From: Gigantopelta aegis
Lineage: Eukaryota
Direction of reading: 5' to 3'
Assembly: GCF_016097555.1 (NCBI RefSeq)
Contig: NW_024532772.1
Location: forward strand, 67,754-131,753
DNA length: 64,000 nucleotides
Shown here in pieces: positions 11,267 to 23,187 of this stretch (within the stretch, counting starts at the first letter, position 1; every line of letters starts with the position of its first letter). A program made the position numbers and the translations under genes. The notes below the pieces were generated by a model, which saw nothing but the letters and a program-made list of their open reading frames with translations, was not told the DNA's origin and made no database searches.

Positions 11267-12508
11267 ATGGCTACGGAAGAAACTTCGGATACAGAAAGAG
11301 ATGGGCATTCTTCGTCCAAGTATAAGAATACTTCAGAAAACAAAAAGAAAGTAGCAGCGAAACAGGACAGAGACTGCCTTTGTGGTATGAAAGTTGTCAT
11401 TACTGGAGGCTGTGGTTTTCTGGGCCTCCATCTTGCTCGACTGCTTTACCAAAAGGTTCAAGACATTCATATAATGTTGTTTGATAAGAGTCCTGCTGAT
11501 GAAGCTGCCATGAATTTTATTACTAATGGAGTACCTAATGGAGATCGTGTCAGTTATGGTGGAAGACACAATGACATTATGATTCTAGAACATCTCAATG
11601 CAGCTTTTCAAGATGCTGATGTTGTCTTCCATTGTGCTGCAATAACATCCTCGTGTGCTAAAATAGATTTCAATAAAAAAATGCAGAGAGTCAATGTAGA
11701 AGGCACAGCAAATGTTGTCAAAGCTTGTCAGAGACAAGGTGTACGAGCACTAGTCTTCACTGGTGACTTAGCTCAGGTTTTAAGATCTGGACTTCATGTA
11801 CAAGAGGGTATCACTGAAGATGTCATAGTTCGTGATCATGAGGAATTAGTAATGGATCATTTTGGACGTTCAAAGACTGAAGCAGAGAGGAAAATCCTCC
11901 AAGCAAATGGGTTCAAGACAACCTTATACACGTGTTCAATACGTTGTCCTCCTTTATATGGAGAAAATGATACCACATTCTTACCAAATGCTTTCTGGGC
12001 TGCTGAAAAGTTCTACAAATATTTTCCTTTAATTGGGCATCCTTCTGTGAAAATGACTGCTATGTATGTGGAAAATGCAGCCTGGGGTCATATATGTGCA
12101 GCAAAGAAGCTCCTGGATGAAAATGCCAGACTTAGAGTTGGTGGTCAGTTTTATTATGTTACAGATGACACTCCTTCTGAAAGCTACAGTGATTTCTTTA
12201 AGCGATTTCTTAGCTCTCTTGGTTATAGGACTTTACCTATTCGTCTTCCTGTCCTCCTTCTTACATGTTTTACTTACTTAATGGTTGTCTTGATTGTATT
12301 CTTAGTGGCTGTCTTTCAATATAAAAGTCTGGGTCGTGCTTTAAACTATCGTCGTCAACTTAAAATGCTATCTACCAGTCATACTGTTTCAAGAGAAAAG
12401 GCAAGGATTGAGTTGGACTATGAGCCTCATGTTCCATTTGATGAGGCATTCAAACAGTCTTCTCGATGGTATCTTTTTAACATTGGAATGCTTCTAACTA
12501 GAATATGA
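11267..12508 (+). CDS. intronless 3beta-hydroxysteroid dehydrogenase/isomerase-family (extended SDR, NAD(P)-binding) protein with C-terminal transmembrane helices
   Basis: VVITGGCGFLGLHLARLLY Rossmann motif, DVVFHCAAITS, and hydrophobic LPIRLPVLLLTCFTYLMVVLIVFLVAVF. The GTG-started ORF at 11258 actually begins at ATG 11267. Confidence 0.75.
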   Translation: MATEETSDTERDGHSSSKYKNTSENKKKVAAKQDRDCLCGMKVVITGGCGFLGLHLARLLYQKVQDIHIMLFDKSPADEAAMNFITNGVPNGDRVSYGGRHNDIMILEHLNAAFQDADVVFHCAAITSSCAKIDFNKKMQRVNVEGTANVVKACQRQGVRALVFTGDLAQVLRSGLHVQEGITEDVIVRDHEELVMDHFGRSKTEAERKILQANGFKTTLYTCSIRCPPLYGENDTTFLPNAFWAAEKFYKYFPLIGHPSVKMTAMYVENAAWGHICAAKKLLDENARLRVGGQFYYVTDDTPSESYSDFFKRFLSSLGYRTLPIRLPVLLLTCFTYLMVVLIVFLVAVFQYKSLGRALNYRRQLKMLSTSHTVSREKARIELDYEPHVPFDEAFKQSSRWYLFNIGMLLTRI

Positions 12509-12539
12509 GTTAAACGATTTCTTAAGTATCTTTAATTAT

Positions 12540-12830
12540 AGAGTTTTATTTATTCGTCTTCCTGTCCTCCTTCTTACATGTTTTACTTATTTAATGGTCG
12601 TCTTGATTGTATTTTTAATGACTGTCTTTCGATATAAAAGTCTGGGTTGTGTGTTCTAAACTATCGTCATCAACTTAAAAATGTTATCTACCAGTCATAC
12701 TGTTTCAAGAGAAAAGGAAAGGACTGAGTTTGGACTATAAACCTTGTGTTCAATTCGATGAGGCATTCAGACAATCTTCTTGATGGTACAATTTTAATAT
12801 TAGAATGCTTCTACTAGAATGTAAACAAAA
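12540..12830 (+). pseudogene. orphan duplicate of the dehydrogenase 3' end (TM region + C-terminus), frameshifted
   Basis: About 85% identical to 12215-12508 and 15780-16060. Confidence 0.7.
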
Positions 12831-12983
12831 ATTAAATATTAATAATTATCATTAATTAATATTTGTTTTTAATTATATTTATTATAGTCAACAAAACGGA
12901 AGCGAATAATTAAATTTTAGTTCGTACTCAGGCGGTGTCTTTGTTGCTTGGCAACGCGAGACCACGCCCAATATTCGTGGTTC

Positions 12984-13017
12984 ATGATGGCTCGTCCTCT
13001 CAGTTCAAAACAACTAA
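12984..13017 (+). CDS. possible first coding exon (MMARPLSSKQL) of the death-domain gene, preceded by a gagaCCACGCCcaat promoter motif
   Basis: ATG followed by a GTAAGA donor at 13018. CCACGCC + CCAAT at 12953-12968. Confidence 0.25.
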
Positions 13018-13235
13018 GTAAGATTGATTGATGTAAATTAATGTGTGATAAGTTGCCAGAACTGATTATATATACTCTTTTGTGTGATTACTTTGCTCTA
13101 GCTACTGTTTAACTTAGGTTGAGTCCAGATAACTGGGGCCTAAGAAATACTTAGGGCTAATAGTTGTTGTTTTTTTTTACTATCGTTTAGTTTGCTCTCA
13201 TCAACTGAGAATGTACCTATCTCATATTCTTACAG

Positions 13236-13470
13236 ATATTACTCATTAAATGAAATACTGGAAGTGTTGAAAGCCAGTCATTTTTTTGGAACGAAACTGG
13301 CTAACCCTTGGTCTCAATCTTGGTCTATTAATGGACACATTAACAACTGTTGAGGCACAATATGGGCCAGATATTGGTCGATGTCTTAAGGAATGTTTGT
13401 CTTTATGGTTACAAAGAATGGACAGGGTTGACGAGAGAGGTGGAACCACTTGGTATGCATTAGCTACTGC
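13236..13470 (+). CDS. death-domain exon. Frame breaks at a T7 run at 13281-13287
   Basis: LNEILEVLKASHF / LERNWLTLGLNLGLLMDTLTTVEAQYGPDIGRCLKECLSLWLQRMDRVDERGGTTWYALATALSK shows the death-domain pattern W..LA..LGL...I..I....L..W....G..AT...L..AL. Acceptor cttacag at 13229-13235. Confidence 0.5.
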
Positions 13471-13562
13471 TCTTAGTAAATAGGAGACAATGTTTCTGCT
13501 GAAAATGCCAGACAGAAAGGTATGTATTAAATGCTTGCATAAAGTCTGATTAAATTTTTTAG

Positions 13563-13866
13563 CACAAGAAGTTGAAAAAGAAAGAGAAATTTTCTCAGCA
13601 CCAGTTTGTCCAAATGCTCAGAAAATACTCCAACAGACTTTCACTTCCAGAGAATATTGTCAAAATATTGTATGAAGAGGGAGTGATCTCAAAAGAGATG
13701 TTAGATGAAGTAAATAGATTGGGAGGTGTACTATGTGATGGTCCATTACGAGCACTGTGTACTAGTGTGTATAAAAACCCTTATATATTAAAGGTGTTCG
13801 CTAGTGTCTTGTTGAAATCTGAACAAACAGTGTCAATTGCTAAAGATATATTGAAGGAATATGGTA
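13563..13866 (+). CDS. CARD/death-fold-like exon
   Basis: HKKLKKKEKFSQHQFVQMLRKYSNRLSLPENIVKILYEEGVISKEMLDEVNRLGGVLCDGPLRALCTSVYKNPYILKVFASVLLKSEQTVSIAKDILKEYG. Acceptor ttttttag, donor GTAAAA. Confidence 0.45.
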
Positions 13867-14018
13867 AAATAAATTATAACTATGTATATATAATTAATTA
13901 TTTTTATAGACCAAGTCTTTCCTTTACAAATCAGTCTCCATCCAACCTACCAATATGATTTTGATCAGATGAGAGTGAACTTTGGCAATCTCATTCACAA
14001 GGTTGCACCTCTCATTGA

Positions 14019-14586
14019 GGCTGGTATTCTTCATTAGAAGAGCTCAAAACATATCTACGGAGATGTTTTAGAGAGCTGAGACCTCAATTATCTGTGGCTA
14101 AATCATTTGATGACATTATGGACCTCGTTCAAGATACATGTACTATCATTAATATTTGTTGCTTGGAGGCCATTGTTGACCAGTATGATATCACAGAAGC
14201 TAAACACCACATTGAAAAGTTCAAGAAAGCAGTTGATGCATTTTGTGAGAAAGTCAAACTGAGCATATGTTGCAATCAGAATTTAAAGATAACTTCCTCA
14301 TCTGTGTCATCTCATCTATGAAACTATTGTGTTTGTTCTTGAATGGGAAGCAGACAAGTACACACTTAATAGCATCAGAGGATTGTTAGCAAAGGCCTTT
14401 GGAAATGTGGCAAAGAGTGTCCAAGTTAGAGCAATAAAAGAAGGCAACTCCATCATTGTTACTTGTTATGCTCCACATTATATATTGGATAATCTACTAA
14501 CAGTAGCAAAGAAGAATCTTGATGTACTAAAAGCTATAGGATTAACAAAACTAACTATTAGCTACCAGACCATTTACAAGGTTAGA
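14019..14586 (+). CDS. further exon(s) of the same gene (Cys-rich helical segment, then ...VQVRAIKEGNSIIVTCYAPHYILDNLLTVAKKNLDVLKAIGLTKLTI)
   Basis: ORFs 14094-14321 and 14329-14589 in adjacent frames. Donor-like GTTAGA at 14584. Confidence 0.3.
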
Positions 14587-14926
14587 TAGTACTATATGAC
14601 CACACCAAGCTTAGTATAAAACATGTTACACTAGCTAGACAAATATTATTTCTTTATCTGTTATTTTCTAGACTATACAGCTACTGAAGATGAAATATGT
14701 CAAATAGAACAAATGAGTAAGGAAGGGAAGGAATGTTGAATATTAAATTTTAATGCCTAATATGATAAACATGTTTGTATGTATAATATATCATATATCT
14801 TTAATATTACAATACTATCCTACCTTATTTAGGAGAGAACATAGAAGTGGCACAAGAAAGTGAAAGTGGGGTGATAATGACAAGTAGATTAAGAGACATC
14901 AAAGAAGATCAGTATCATCTGAGGGA

Positions 14927-16065
14927 ATGAAATGGCATAATTATAATGTTGTTATTACTGGAGGTTGTGGTTTTCTGGGCCTCCATCTTGCTCGACTGCT
15001 TTACCAAAAGGTTCAAGGCATTCATATAATCTTGTTTGATAAGAATCCTGCTGATGAAGCTGCCATGAATTTCATTACTAATGTAGGATATAATAAAGAT
15101 CGTGTCCGTTACAGTGGAAGACACAATGATATTACGATTCTAGAACATCTCAATGCAGCTTTTCAAGATGCTGATGTTGTCTTCCATTGTGCTGCAATAA
15201 CATCCTCATTTGCTCAAATAGATTTCAATAAAAAATGCAGAAAGTCAATGTAGAAGGCACAGCAAATGTTGTCAAAGCTTGTCAGAGACAAGGTGTACGA
15301 GCACTAGTCTTCACTGGTGACTTAGCTCAGGTTTTAAGATCTGGGCTTCATGTACAAGAGGGTATCACTGAAGATGTCATAGTTTCATGATCATGAGGAG
15401 TTAGTAATGGATTGTTTTTGGACGTTCAAAGACTGAAGCAGAGAGGAAAGTCCTCCAAGCAAATGGGTTCAAGACAACCTTATACACTTGTTCAATACGT
15501 TGTCCTCCTTTATATGGAGAAAATGATACTACATTCTTACCAAATGCTTTCTGGGCTGCTGAAAGATTTTGTAAGCATTTTCCTTTAGTTGGACATCCTT
15601 CCGTAAAAATGACTGCTATGTATGTGGAAAATGCAGCCTGGGGTCATATATGTGCAGCAAACAAACTATTGGATGAAAATGCCAGACTTAGAGTTGGTGG
15701 TCAGTTTTATTATGTCACAGATGACACTCCTTCTGAAAGCTACAGTGATTTCTTTAAGCGATTTCTTAAATATCTTGGTTATAATGTGTTACCTATTCGT
15801 CTTCCTGTCCTCCTTCTTACATGTTTTACTTACTTAATGGTTGTCTTGATTGTATTTTTAATGGCTTTTTTTCGATATAAAAGCCCGAGTCGTGTTTTTT
15901 AATTATCGTCGTCAACTTAAAATGTTATCTATCAGTCATACTGTTTCAAGAGAAAAGGCAAGGACTGAGTTGGACTATGAGCCTCACGTTCAATTTGATG
16001 AGGCATTCAGGAAATCTTCTAGATGGTATAATTTTAACATTGGAATGCTTCTAGACATAATATGA
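14927..16065 (+). pseudogene. tandem paralog of the 3beta-HSD-family gene, disrupted by several indels
   Basis: MKWHNYNVVITGGCGFLGLHLARLLYQKVQGIHIILFDKNPADEAAMNFITN... is about 90% identical in nucleotides to 11390-12508. Breaks at 15236 (A6 against A7), 15372-15390 and others. ORFs 14927-15253 and 15609-15902 are its pieces. Confidence 0.7.
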
Positions 16066-16161
16066 CTTTTATTAATATATTTTTATGCGTTAATCTGTTT
16101 CATTTTTTATTAATAACATAATTTTATACTATGGGTGTTGTAGTTTTGACTGATCGCTAGA

Positions 16162-16229
16162 ATGATGTCTTCTGAGGAATGGAGGAGTCTAGGAGACACA
16201 GAAAAACGGCAGGCATTTGTCAGAAAAAC
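16162..16229 (+). CDS. MED15: MED15-like (KIX-domain, Q-rich) locus 1, exon 1
   Basis: MMSSEEWRRLGDTEKRQAFVRKT then donor. Resembles the Mediator-15 KIX start (..DWRS..FRQK.V..I). The same ~400-bp exon1-intron-exon2 module recurs at 26875-27280 and 33700-34100. Confidence 0.5.
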
Positions 16230-16399
16230 GTAGGAGTAATTCAAAAGATGTGTGAACAAAGAGGTGAGTAATTTGATGATATATAATCGAAAGACCCACT
16301 CGTTGTTAAGTTACTTTATAACAAGCTTTGATGTTGATATCTCTCACAAACTGACCTTTAAAATAGAACTATTACTATATTGTTATTGTTCTTGTTCAG

Positions 16400-16487
16400 T
16401 GCTGCGGCAGTGAGGATATTTCCTGAAGTCTTAACTCGTAATCCAGGAGATATAGAAGCTACTATCTACAATAAAGCTAAATCTGAG
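16400..16487 (+). CDS. MED15: MED15-like locus 1, exon 2 (KIX continuation)
   Basis: AAAVRIFPEVLTRNPGDIEATIYNKAKSE between acceptor cttgttcag and donor GTAAGT. Confidence 0.55.
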
Positions 16488-17692
16488 GTAAGTCTCACTT
16501 TGTATATTGACCACTAATGATTACTGTATTGTTTAATATTGTAAATATAACAATATATAATTGTATATTGTATATATTATATAATCTTATCATAATTGAA
16601 ATATTTAAGACTTCTTTGAGCGAAGATACCAGACTATCTTTCGCCATGGAACATGGTAGACTGGGGACAAGACTAAAATAATTAATAAATGTCCCTATAT
16701 GAACTAGGGCACTAAATAGAACACTGTTATTTATTTAGACTTTTCAAAGTATATATCTTTGCTAACTTTTTTACAGAAAGAGTATATGAACTTGGTATAT
16801 AGGATAGTTTTAGCCATTAAATTAGGCCTGTACGATATTCGGATAGATTTAGAACCTCAAGACAGTATGTTCTAATATATATATGGTCTGCTTTTATCAC
16901 TAGAAGCATTGGATACGTCTCAACCGGCATTATAGAGAATGTCTTCTTACGATCAGGACCGGAGGAGGCCCGAAAATGTCTGGTTTCAAGACTTATCTAA
17001 TAATTGATTTGGGAGATACTAACTTTATAGTGAAATATAATTATACCAACTATAAAGTTACAAAGTTTGGATAGTTAGTAACATTGTCTATACTGATCAT
17101 GATAGAATACTATAGAAATGTAACTATATAGGTACCTAGAGAAGCAAAACAGTTTGAGCCTTCAAATTAGTCCCACTGTAAATAATGAAATTAACTATGG
17201 TCACATCCATCATCATACTGAACACTTGCAGCTGGAGTTATATGTTTTGGCAGTTAATGGATGTGGTTTATTTTATATGGTACTTTCAATTATCGCATAC
17301 AACAATAATTATGTTAAATCACAAAACATACTATATATACCATTTGGTTCAAATGATTGTAGGACAGTATGCCAGGCAATAAAAATTGATGCACATACCA
17401 TCCTTCAAGAGATATAATTGTAACCAAAAGGAAGAGTGTATGGCTCTATTATCATATATACATGATCATGAGCAAACAGTATATTCCTGTTTTGCATAAT
17501 TGCTTAGAATGATAATGAAACTATGACATTGCTATAGTAACACTTCCATGTGGATATCTTATGATGTTAACTTACTATGTATAGCTGGCTGTGTTATCTT
17601 CCATCTTTTGGTTACAAATGCATGTGGGCCTATGAACATACATTAATTTTATATGTACATGATAGGACTGTTACTATTGTGGTATTTCTCCT

Positions 17693-17788
17693 ATTTAGTG
17701 CTAAGGCAATGAGAACCTTTTCTGGTGTCTCAGCTAATAATCCAGTTCCTATAGAAACTACTAGTTTTAGTAGTGCAGAGTCTGAGGT
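17693..17788 (+). CDS. MED15: divergent duplicate of exon 2 (AKAMRTFSGVSANNPVPIETTSFSSAESE)
   Basis: Paralogous to 16400-16487 and ends at the same GTAAGT donor. Confidence 0.4.
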
Positions 17789-18428
17789 AAGTGTTTACTT
17801 TTGCTTTTCAAATGTATCCCATAATGTCAAACCACACACTGTCTAATCTCTGACATAGTCTTTAATAAGTCTTTTGGTCTATTGTTGTCTCATTTGATTG
17901 ACTTAGCTGTAGCCTACATGTACATTTACAGTTTAATGTTATTATAAGTTCATTGTTAAAATTGCAAATTCATTGTTAATAGTGTACATGTAGTTAATTC
18001 TATACTGTATATGTATTTTAGTTTATGTCAAAAATGGAACTACAATAAAATGTTAAATAAAAATAAAATTAAACTTTACAATTTGTTGGAGCATTCAACC
18101 TAATCTTTGTTCTTTCTGTGGGGGTTCATTTCTTACTGTGCAAGCTAGGAAGGTGGAAGGAGTTCCATACTCTAACCAATTTATACTCTAACCAATTTGG
18201 TTGTCTTTTTTCATTTCTTGGGATTCTACACATAATTGCATCAATAAGGCATTAATCTAGTTGCTCATCAATCTTATAATTTCACTGACACATATAATAT
18301 ATATGAATGAATGTGACACTGATAATGGAGGATATAGTCATTACTATAACAACACTGCTGTTGTATTCTAACTACACCAAACATTTACTACTTTTCTACT
18401 GTTATTGTTTTGCCTGTAGGATGGATGC

Positions 18429-18500
18429 ATGAGCACAAGAAATGTGGCAATTCAGCTAATGCAGCAACAACAGCTTTATGTTGGATACCAACCGCAAACA
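18429..18500 (+). CDS. MED15: Q-rich exon (DGCMSTRNVAIQLMQQQQLYVGYQPQT)
   Basis: Acceptor tgcctgtag, donor GTATAT. Confidence 0.4.
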
Positions 18501-18888
18501 GGTATATGCATATTCATTTATTATATAAGTAAATTAAAATTAGACTAAAAAAATAAATTCATGAAATTTATTACCTCCAAATTTAATGACCCAATCAAAT
18601 GTAAGTATTCAAATCCTCATCCACAGATTTTATAGCAAATGGGAAGGTTTTTAACAGAGTGCTAAAATGGCATAGAATGGCTAAAATGGCTAATTTTGCC
18701 AAATATAGTTTTCAAAAGTTAGTTGTGTATAGCATTGTATTTTTGAAGTTATCATGGTGTATAAGAATTATGGATAAAGAAGAAATAGAAAAGGACATCA
18801 TAGCATCCCTACTACTATAATTACATAATTTACCTTGAATTACATGTCTCATCTTGTATCATGTAAGGTCTTTATACTATACATGCAG

Positions 18889-21800
18889 GAGGCGAAATGA
18901 TGCAAAGACCGCAAGGAATGAGGGAAAGGAATCGTGTGAACCATAATGTCCCGGTAGATCCTACAGGCCTAGGATATTCCAGCTGTCCACCTGGAATGCG
19001 TCTAATGCATCCACCAGTACATTATGAACAACCTGCTGGTATGCGTATGGTAAACCAACCTACTCCTCAGCTGACAATGCACAATATGACACAGCAACAG
19101 GAACAACAGGAATGTCAATATCCACGGCAACCAGATAGATGGCAACCACAATCAGGTAGATTTATAATTCTTTTACTCAATCACTGATTTTGTCAGTTCA
19201 TACACTTTTGTAATAACAATAATTTATAACAACACAGTTTCAAATCCATATATTGAAAGTCTCATACAAGCATTAGTCTCACACACATATACTTTAAAAG
19301 TATTGTACCCTACCTTAAAAATCTAATGTGTACCTCCTCAGCCATACATTAATAGTCTCATACTAATACATATATACAGGAAGTGAAATGATACAAAACC
19401 CACAAGAAATGACAGAAAGGGATCATGTGGACCAGAATATTCATGTAGCTCCTACAGGATATTCCAACTGTCCAACTGGAATGCATTTAATGCATCCACC
19501 AGTACATTATGAACAACCTCCTGGTGTGCGTATGGTAAACCAACCTACTCCTCAGCTGACAATGCACAATATGACACAGCAACAGGAACAACAGGATGTC
19601 AATATCCACGGCAACCAGATAGATGGCAACCACAATCAGGTAGATTTATAATTCTTTTACTCAATCACTGATTTTGTCAGTTCATACACTTTTGTAATAA
19701 CAATCATTTATAACAACACAGTTTCAAATCCATATATTGAAAGTCTCATACAAGCAGTAGTCTCACACACATATACTTTAAAAGTCTTGTACCCTACCTT
19801 AAAAATCTAATGTGTACCTCCTCAGCCATACATTAATAGTCTCATACTAATACATATATACAGGAAGTGAAATGATACAAAACCCACAAGAAATGACAGA
19901 AAGGGATCATGTGGACCAGAATATTCATGTAGCTCCTACAGGATATTCCAACTGTCCAACTGGAATGCATTTAATGCATCCACCAGTACATTATGAACAA
20001 CCTGCTGGTATGCGTATGGTAAACCAACCTACTCCTCAGCTGACAATGCACAATATGACACAGCAACAGGAACAACAGGAATGTCAATATCCACGGCAAC
20101 CAGATAGATGGCAACCACAATTAGGTAGATTTATAATTCTTTTACTCAATCACTGATTTTGTCAGTTCATACACTTTTGTAATAACAATAATTTATAACA
20201 ACACAGTTTCAAATCCATATATTGAAAGTCTCATACAAGCATTAGTCTCACACACATATACTTTAAAAGTATTGTACCCTACCTTAAAAATCTAATGTGT
20301 ACCTCCTCAGCCATACATTAATAGTCTCATACTAATACATATATACAGGAAGTGAAATGATACAAAACCCACAAGAAATGACAGAAAGGGATCATGTGGA
20401 CCAGAATATTCATGTAGCTCCTACAGGATATTCCAACTGTCCAACTGGAATGCATTTAATGCATCCACCAGTACATTATGAACAACCTCCTGGTGTGCGT
20501 ATGGTAAACCAACCTACTCCTCAGCTGACAATGCACAATATGACACAGCAACAGGAACAACAGGAATGTCAATATCCACGGCAACCAGATAGATGGCAAC
20601 CACAATCAGGTAGATTTATAATTCTTTTACTCAATCACTGATTTTGTCAGTTCATACACTTTTGTAATAACAATCATTTATAACAACACAGTTTCAAATC
20701 CATATATTGAAAGTCTCATACAAGCAGTAGTCTCACACACATATACTTTAAAAGTCTTGTACCCTACCTTAAAAATCTAATGTGTACCTCCTCAGCCATA
20801 CATTAATAGTCTCATACTAATACATATATACAGGAAGTGAAATGATACAAAAACCCACAAGAAATGACAGAAAGGGATCATGTGGACCAGAATATTCATG
20901 TAGCTCCTACAGGATATTCCAACTGTCCAACTGGAATGCATTTAATGCATCCACCAGTACATTATGAACAACCTCCTGGTGTGCGTATGGTAAACCAACC
21001 TACTCCTCAGCTGACAATGCACAATATGACACAGCAACAGGAACAACAGGAATGTCAATATCCACGGCAACCAGATAGATGGCAACCACAATCAGGTAGA
21101 TTTATAATTCTTTTACTCAATCACTGATTTTGTCAGTTCATACACTTTTGTAATAACAATAATTTATAACAACACAGTTTCAAATCCATATATTGAAAGT
21201 CTCATACAAGCAGTAGTCTCACACACATATACTTTAAAAGTCTTGTACCCTACCTTAAAAATCTAATGTGTACCTCCTCAGCCATACATTAATAGTCTCA
21301 TACTAATACATATATACAGGAAGTGAAATGATACAAAACCCACAAGAAATGACAGAAAGGGATCATGTGGACCAGAATATTCATGTAGCTCCTACAGGAT
21401 ATTCCAACTGTCCAACTGGAATGCATTTAATGCATCCACCAGTACATTATGAACAACCTCCTGGTGTGCGTATGGTAAACCAACCTACTCCTCAGCTGAC
21501 AATGCACAATATGACACAGCAACAGGAACAACAGGAATGTCAATATCCACGGCAACCAGATAGATGGCAACCACAATCAGGTAGATTTATAATTCTTTTA
21601 CTCAATCACTGATTTTGTCAGTTCATACACTTTTGTAATAACAATAATTTATAACAACACAGTTTCAAATCCATATATTGAAAGTCTCATACAAGCAGTA
21701 GTCTCACACACATATACTTTAAAAGTCTTGTACCCTACTTAAAAATCTAATGTGTACCTCCTCAGCCATACATTAATAGTCTCATACTAATACATATATA

Positions 21801-23016
21801 CAGGAAGTGAAATGATACAAAACCCACAAGAAATGACAGAAAGGGATCATGTGGACCAGAATATTCAGCTCCTACAGGATATTCCAACTGTCCAACTGGA
21901 ATGCATTTAATGCATCCACCAGTACATTATGAACAACCTGCTGGTATGCGTATGGTAAACCAACCTACTCCTCAGCTGACAATGCACAATATGACACAGC
22001 AACAGGAACAACAGGAATGTCAATATCACGGCAACCAGATAGATGGCAACCACAATCAGGTAGATTTATAATTCTTTACTCAATCACTGATTTTGTCAGT
22101 TCATACACTTTTATTTATAACAACACAGTTTCAAATCCAGTCTCATACAAGCATTAGTCTCACACACATATACTTTAAAAGTATTGTACCCTACCTTAAA
22201 AATCTAATGTGTACCTCCTCAGCCATATATTAAAGTCTCATACTAATACATATATACAGGAAGTGAATAACTGGTATGCAACCACCTATGATACAAAACC
22301 CACAAGAAATGACAGAAAGGGATCATGTGGACCAGAATATTCATGTAGCTCCTACAGGATATTCCAACTGTCCAACTGGAATGCATTTAATGCATCCACC
22401 AGTACATTATGAACAACCTCCTGGTGTGCGTATGGTAAACCAACCTACTCCTCAGCTGACAATGCACAATATGACACAGCAACAGGAACAACAGGAATGT
22501 CAATATCCACGGCAACCAGATAGATGGCAACCACAATCAGGTAGATTTATAATTCTTTTACTCAATCACTGATTTTGTCAGTTCATACACTTTTGTAATA
22601 ACAATCATTTATAACAACACAGTTTCAAATCCATATATTGAAAGTCTCATACAAGCAGTAGTCTCACACACATATACTTTAAAAGTCTTGTACCCTACCT
22701 TAAAAATCTAATGTGTACCTCCTCAGCCATACATTAATAGTCTCATACTAATACATATATACAGGAAGTGAAATGATACAAAACCCACAAGAAATGACAG
22801 AAAGGGATCATGTGGACCCAGTAGCTCCTACAGGATATTCCAGCTGTCCACCTGGAATGTGTCTAATGCATCCACCAGTACATTATGAACAATCTCCTGG
22901 TATGCGTATGGTAAACCAACCTACTCCTCAGCTGACAATGCACAATATGACACAGCAACAGGAACAACAGGAATGTCAATATCCATGGCAACCAGATAGA
23001 TGGCGACCACAATCAG
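18889..23016 (+). CDS. MED15: array of 10 tandemly duplicated symmetric exons (261 bp, phase 1-1) spaced about 485 bp apart, each encoding an 87-aa M/H/P/Q-rich module
   Basis: For example exon 20349-20609 lies between acceptor atatacag and donor GTAGAT. It encodes (G)SEMIQNPQEMTERDHVDQNIHVAPTGYSNCPTGMHLMHPPVHYEQPPGVRMVNQPTPQLTMHNMTQQQEQQECQYPRQPDRWQPQS. Units begin near 18889, 19380, 19864, 20349, 20835, 21320, 21805, 22280, 22765. Units 21805 and 22765 carry small deletions. Confidence 0.7.
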
Positions 23017-23187
23017 GTAGATTTATAATTCTTTTACTCAATCATTGTATTTTTGTATGATAAAAATACAAACAAGCCTTAGTTTTATACCCATACAGTA
23101 AACGTTTCATACCCATGCATTGAAGTCTCATAGTCATTAATTAAAACTTTGATTCTTGTGTACACAGGAGGTGAAATGATGCAAAGG

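Noticed and set aside
11258-13572. ORF-track start codons (for example 11258 GTG, 13286 TTG, 13572 TTG, 27998 GTG)
   Set aside because: The track uses bacterial alternative starts, which do not apply to a eukaryotic nuclear genome. True starts are the downstream ATGs or splice acceptors.
18850-23110. 485-bp periodic repeat as a satellite or CRISPR-like array
   Set aside because: Each unit contains a conserved splice-flanked 261-bp exon in a constant phase, so it is a coding exon array and not non-coding satellite.
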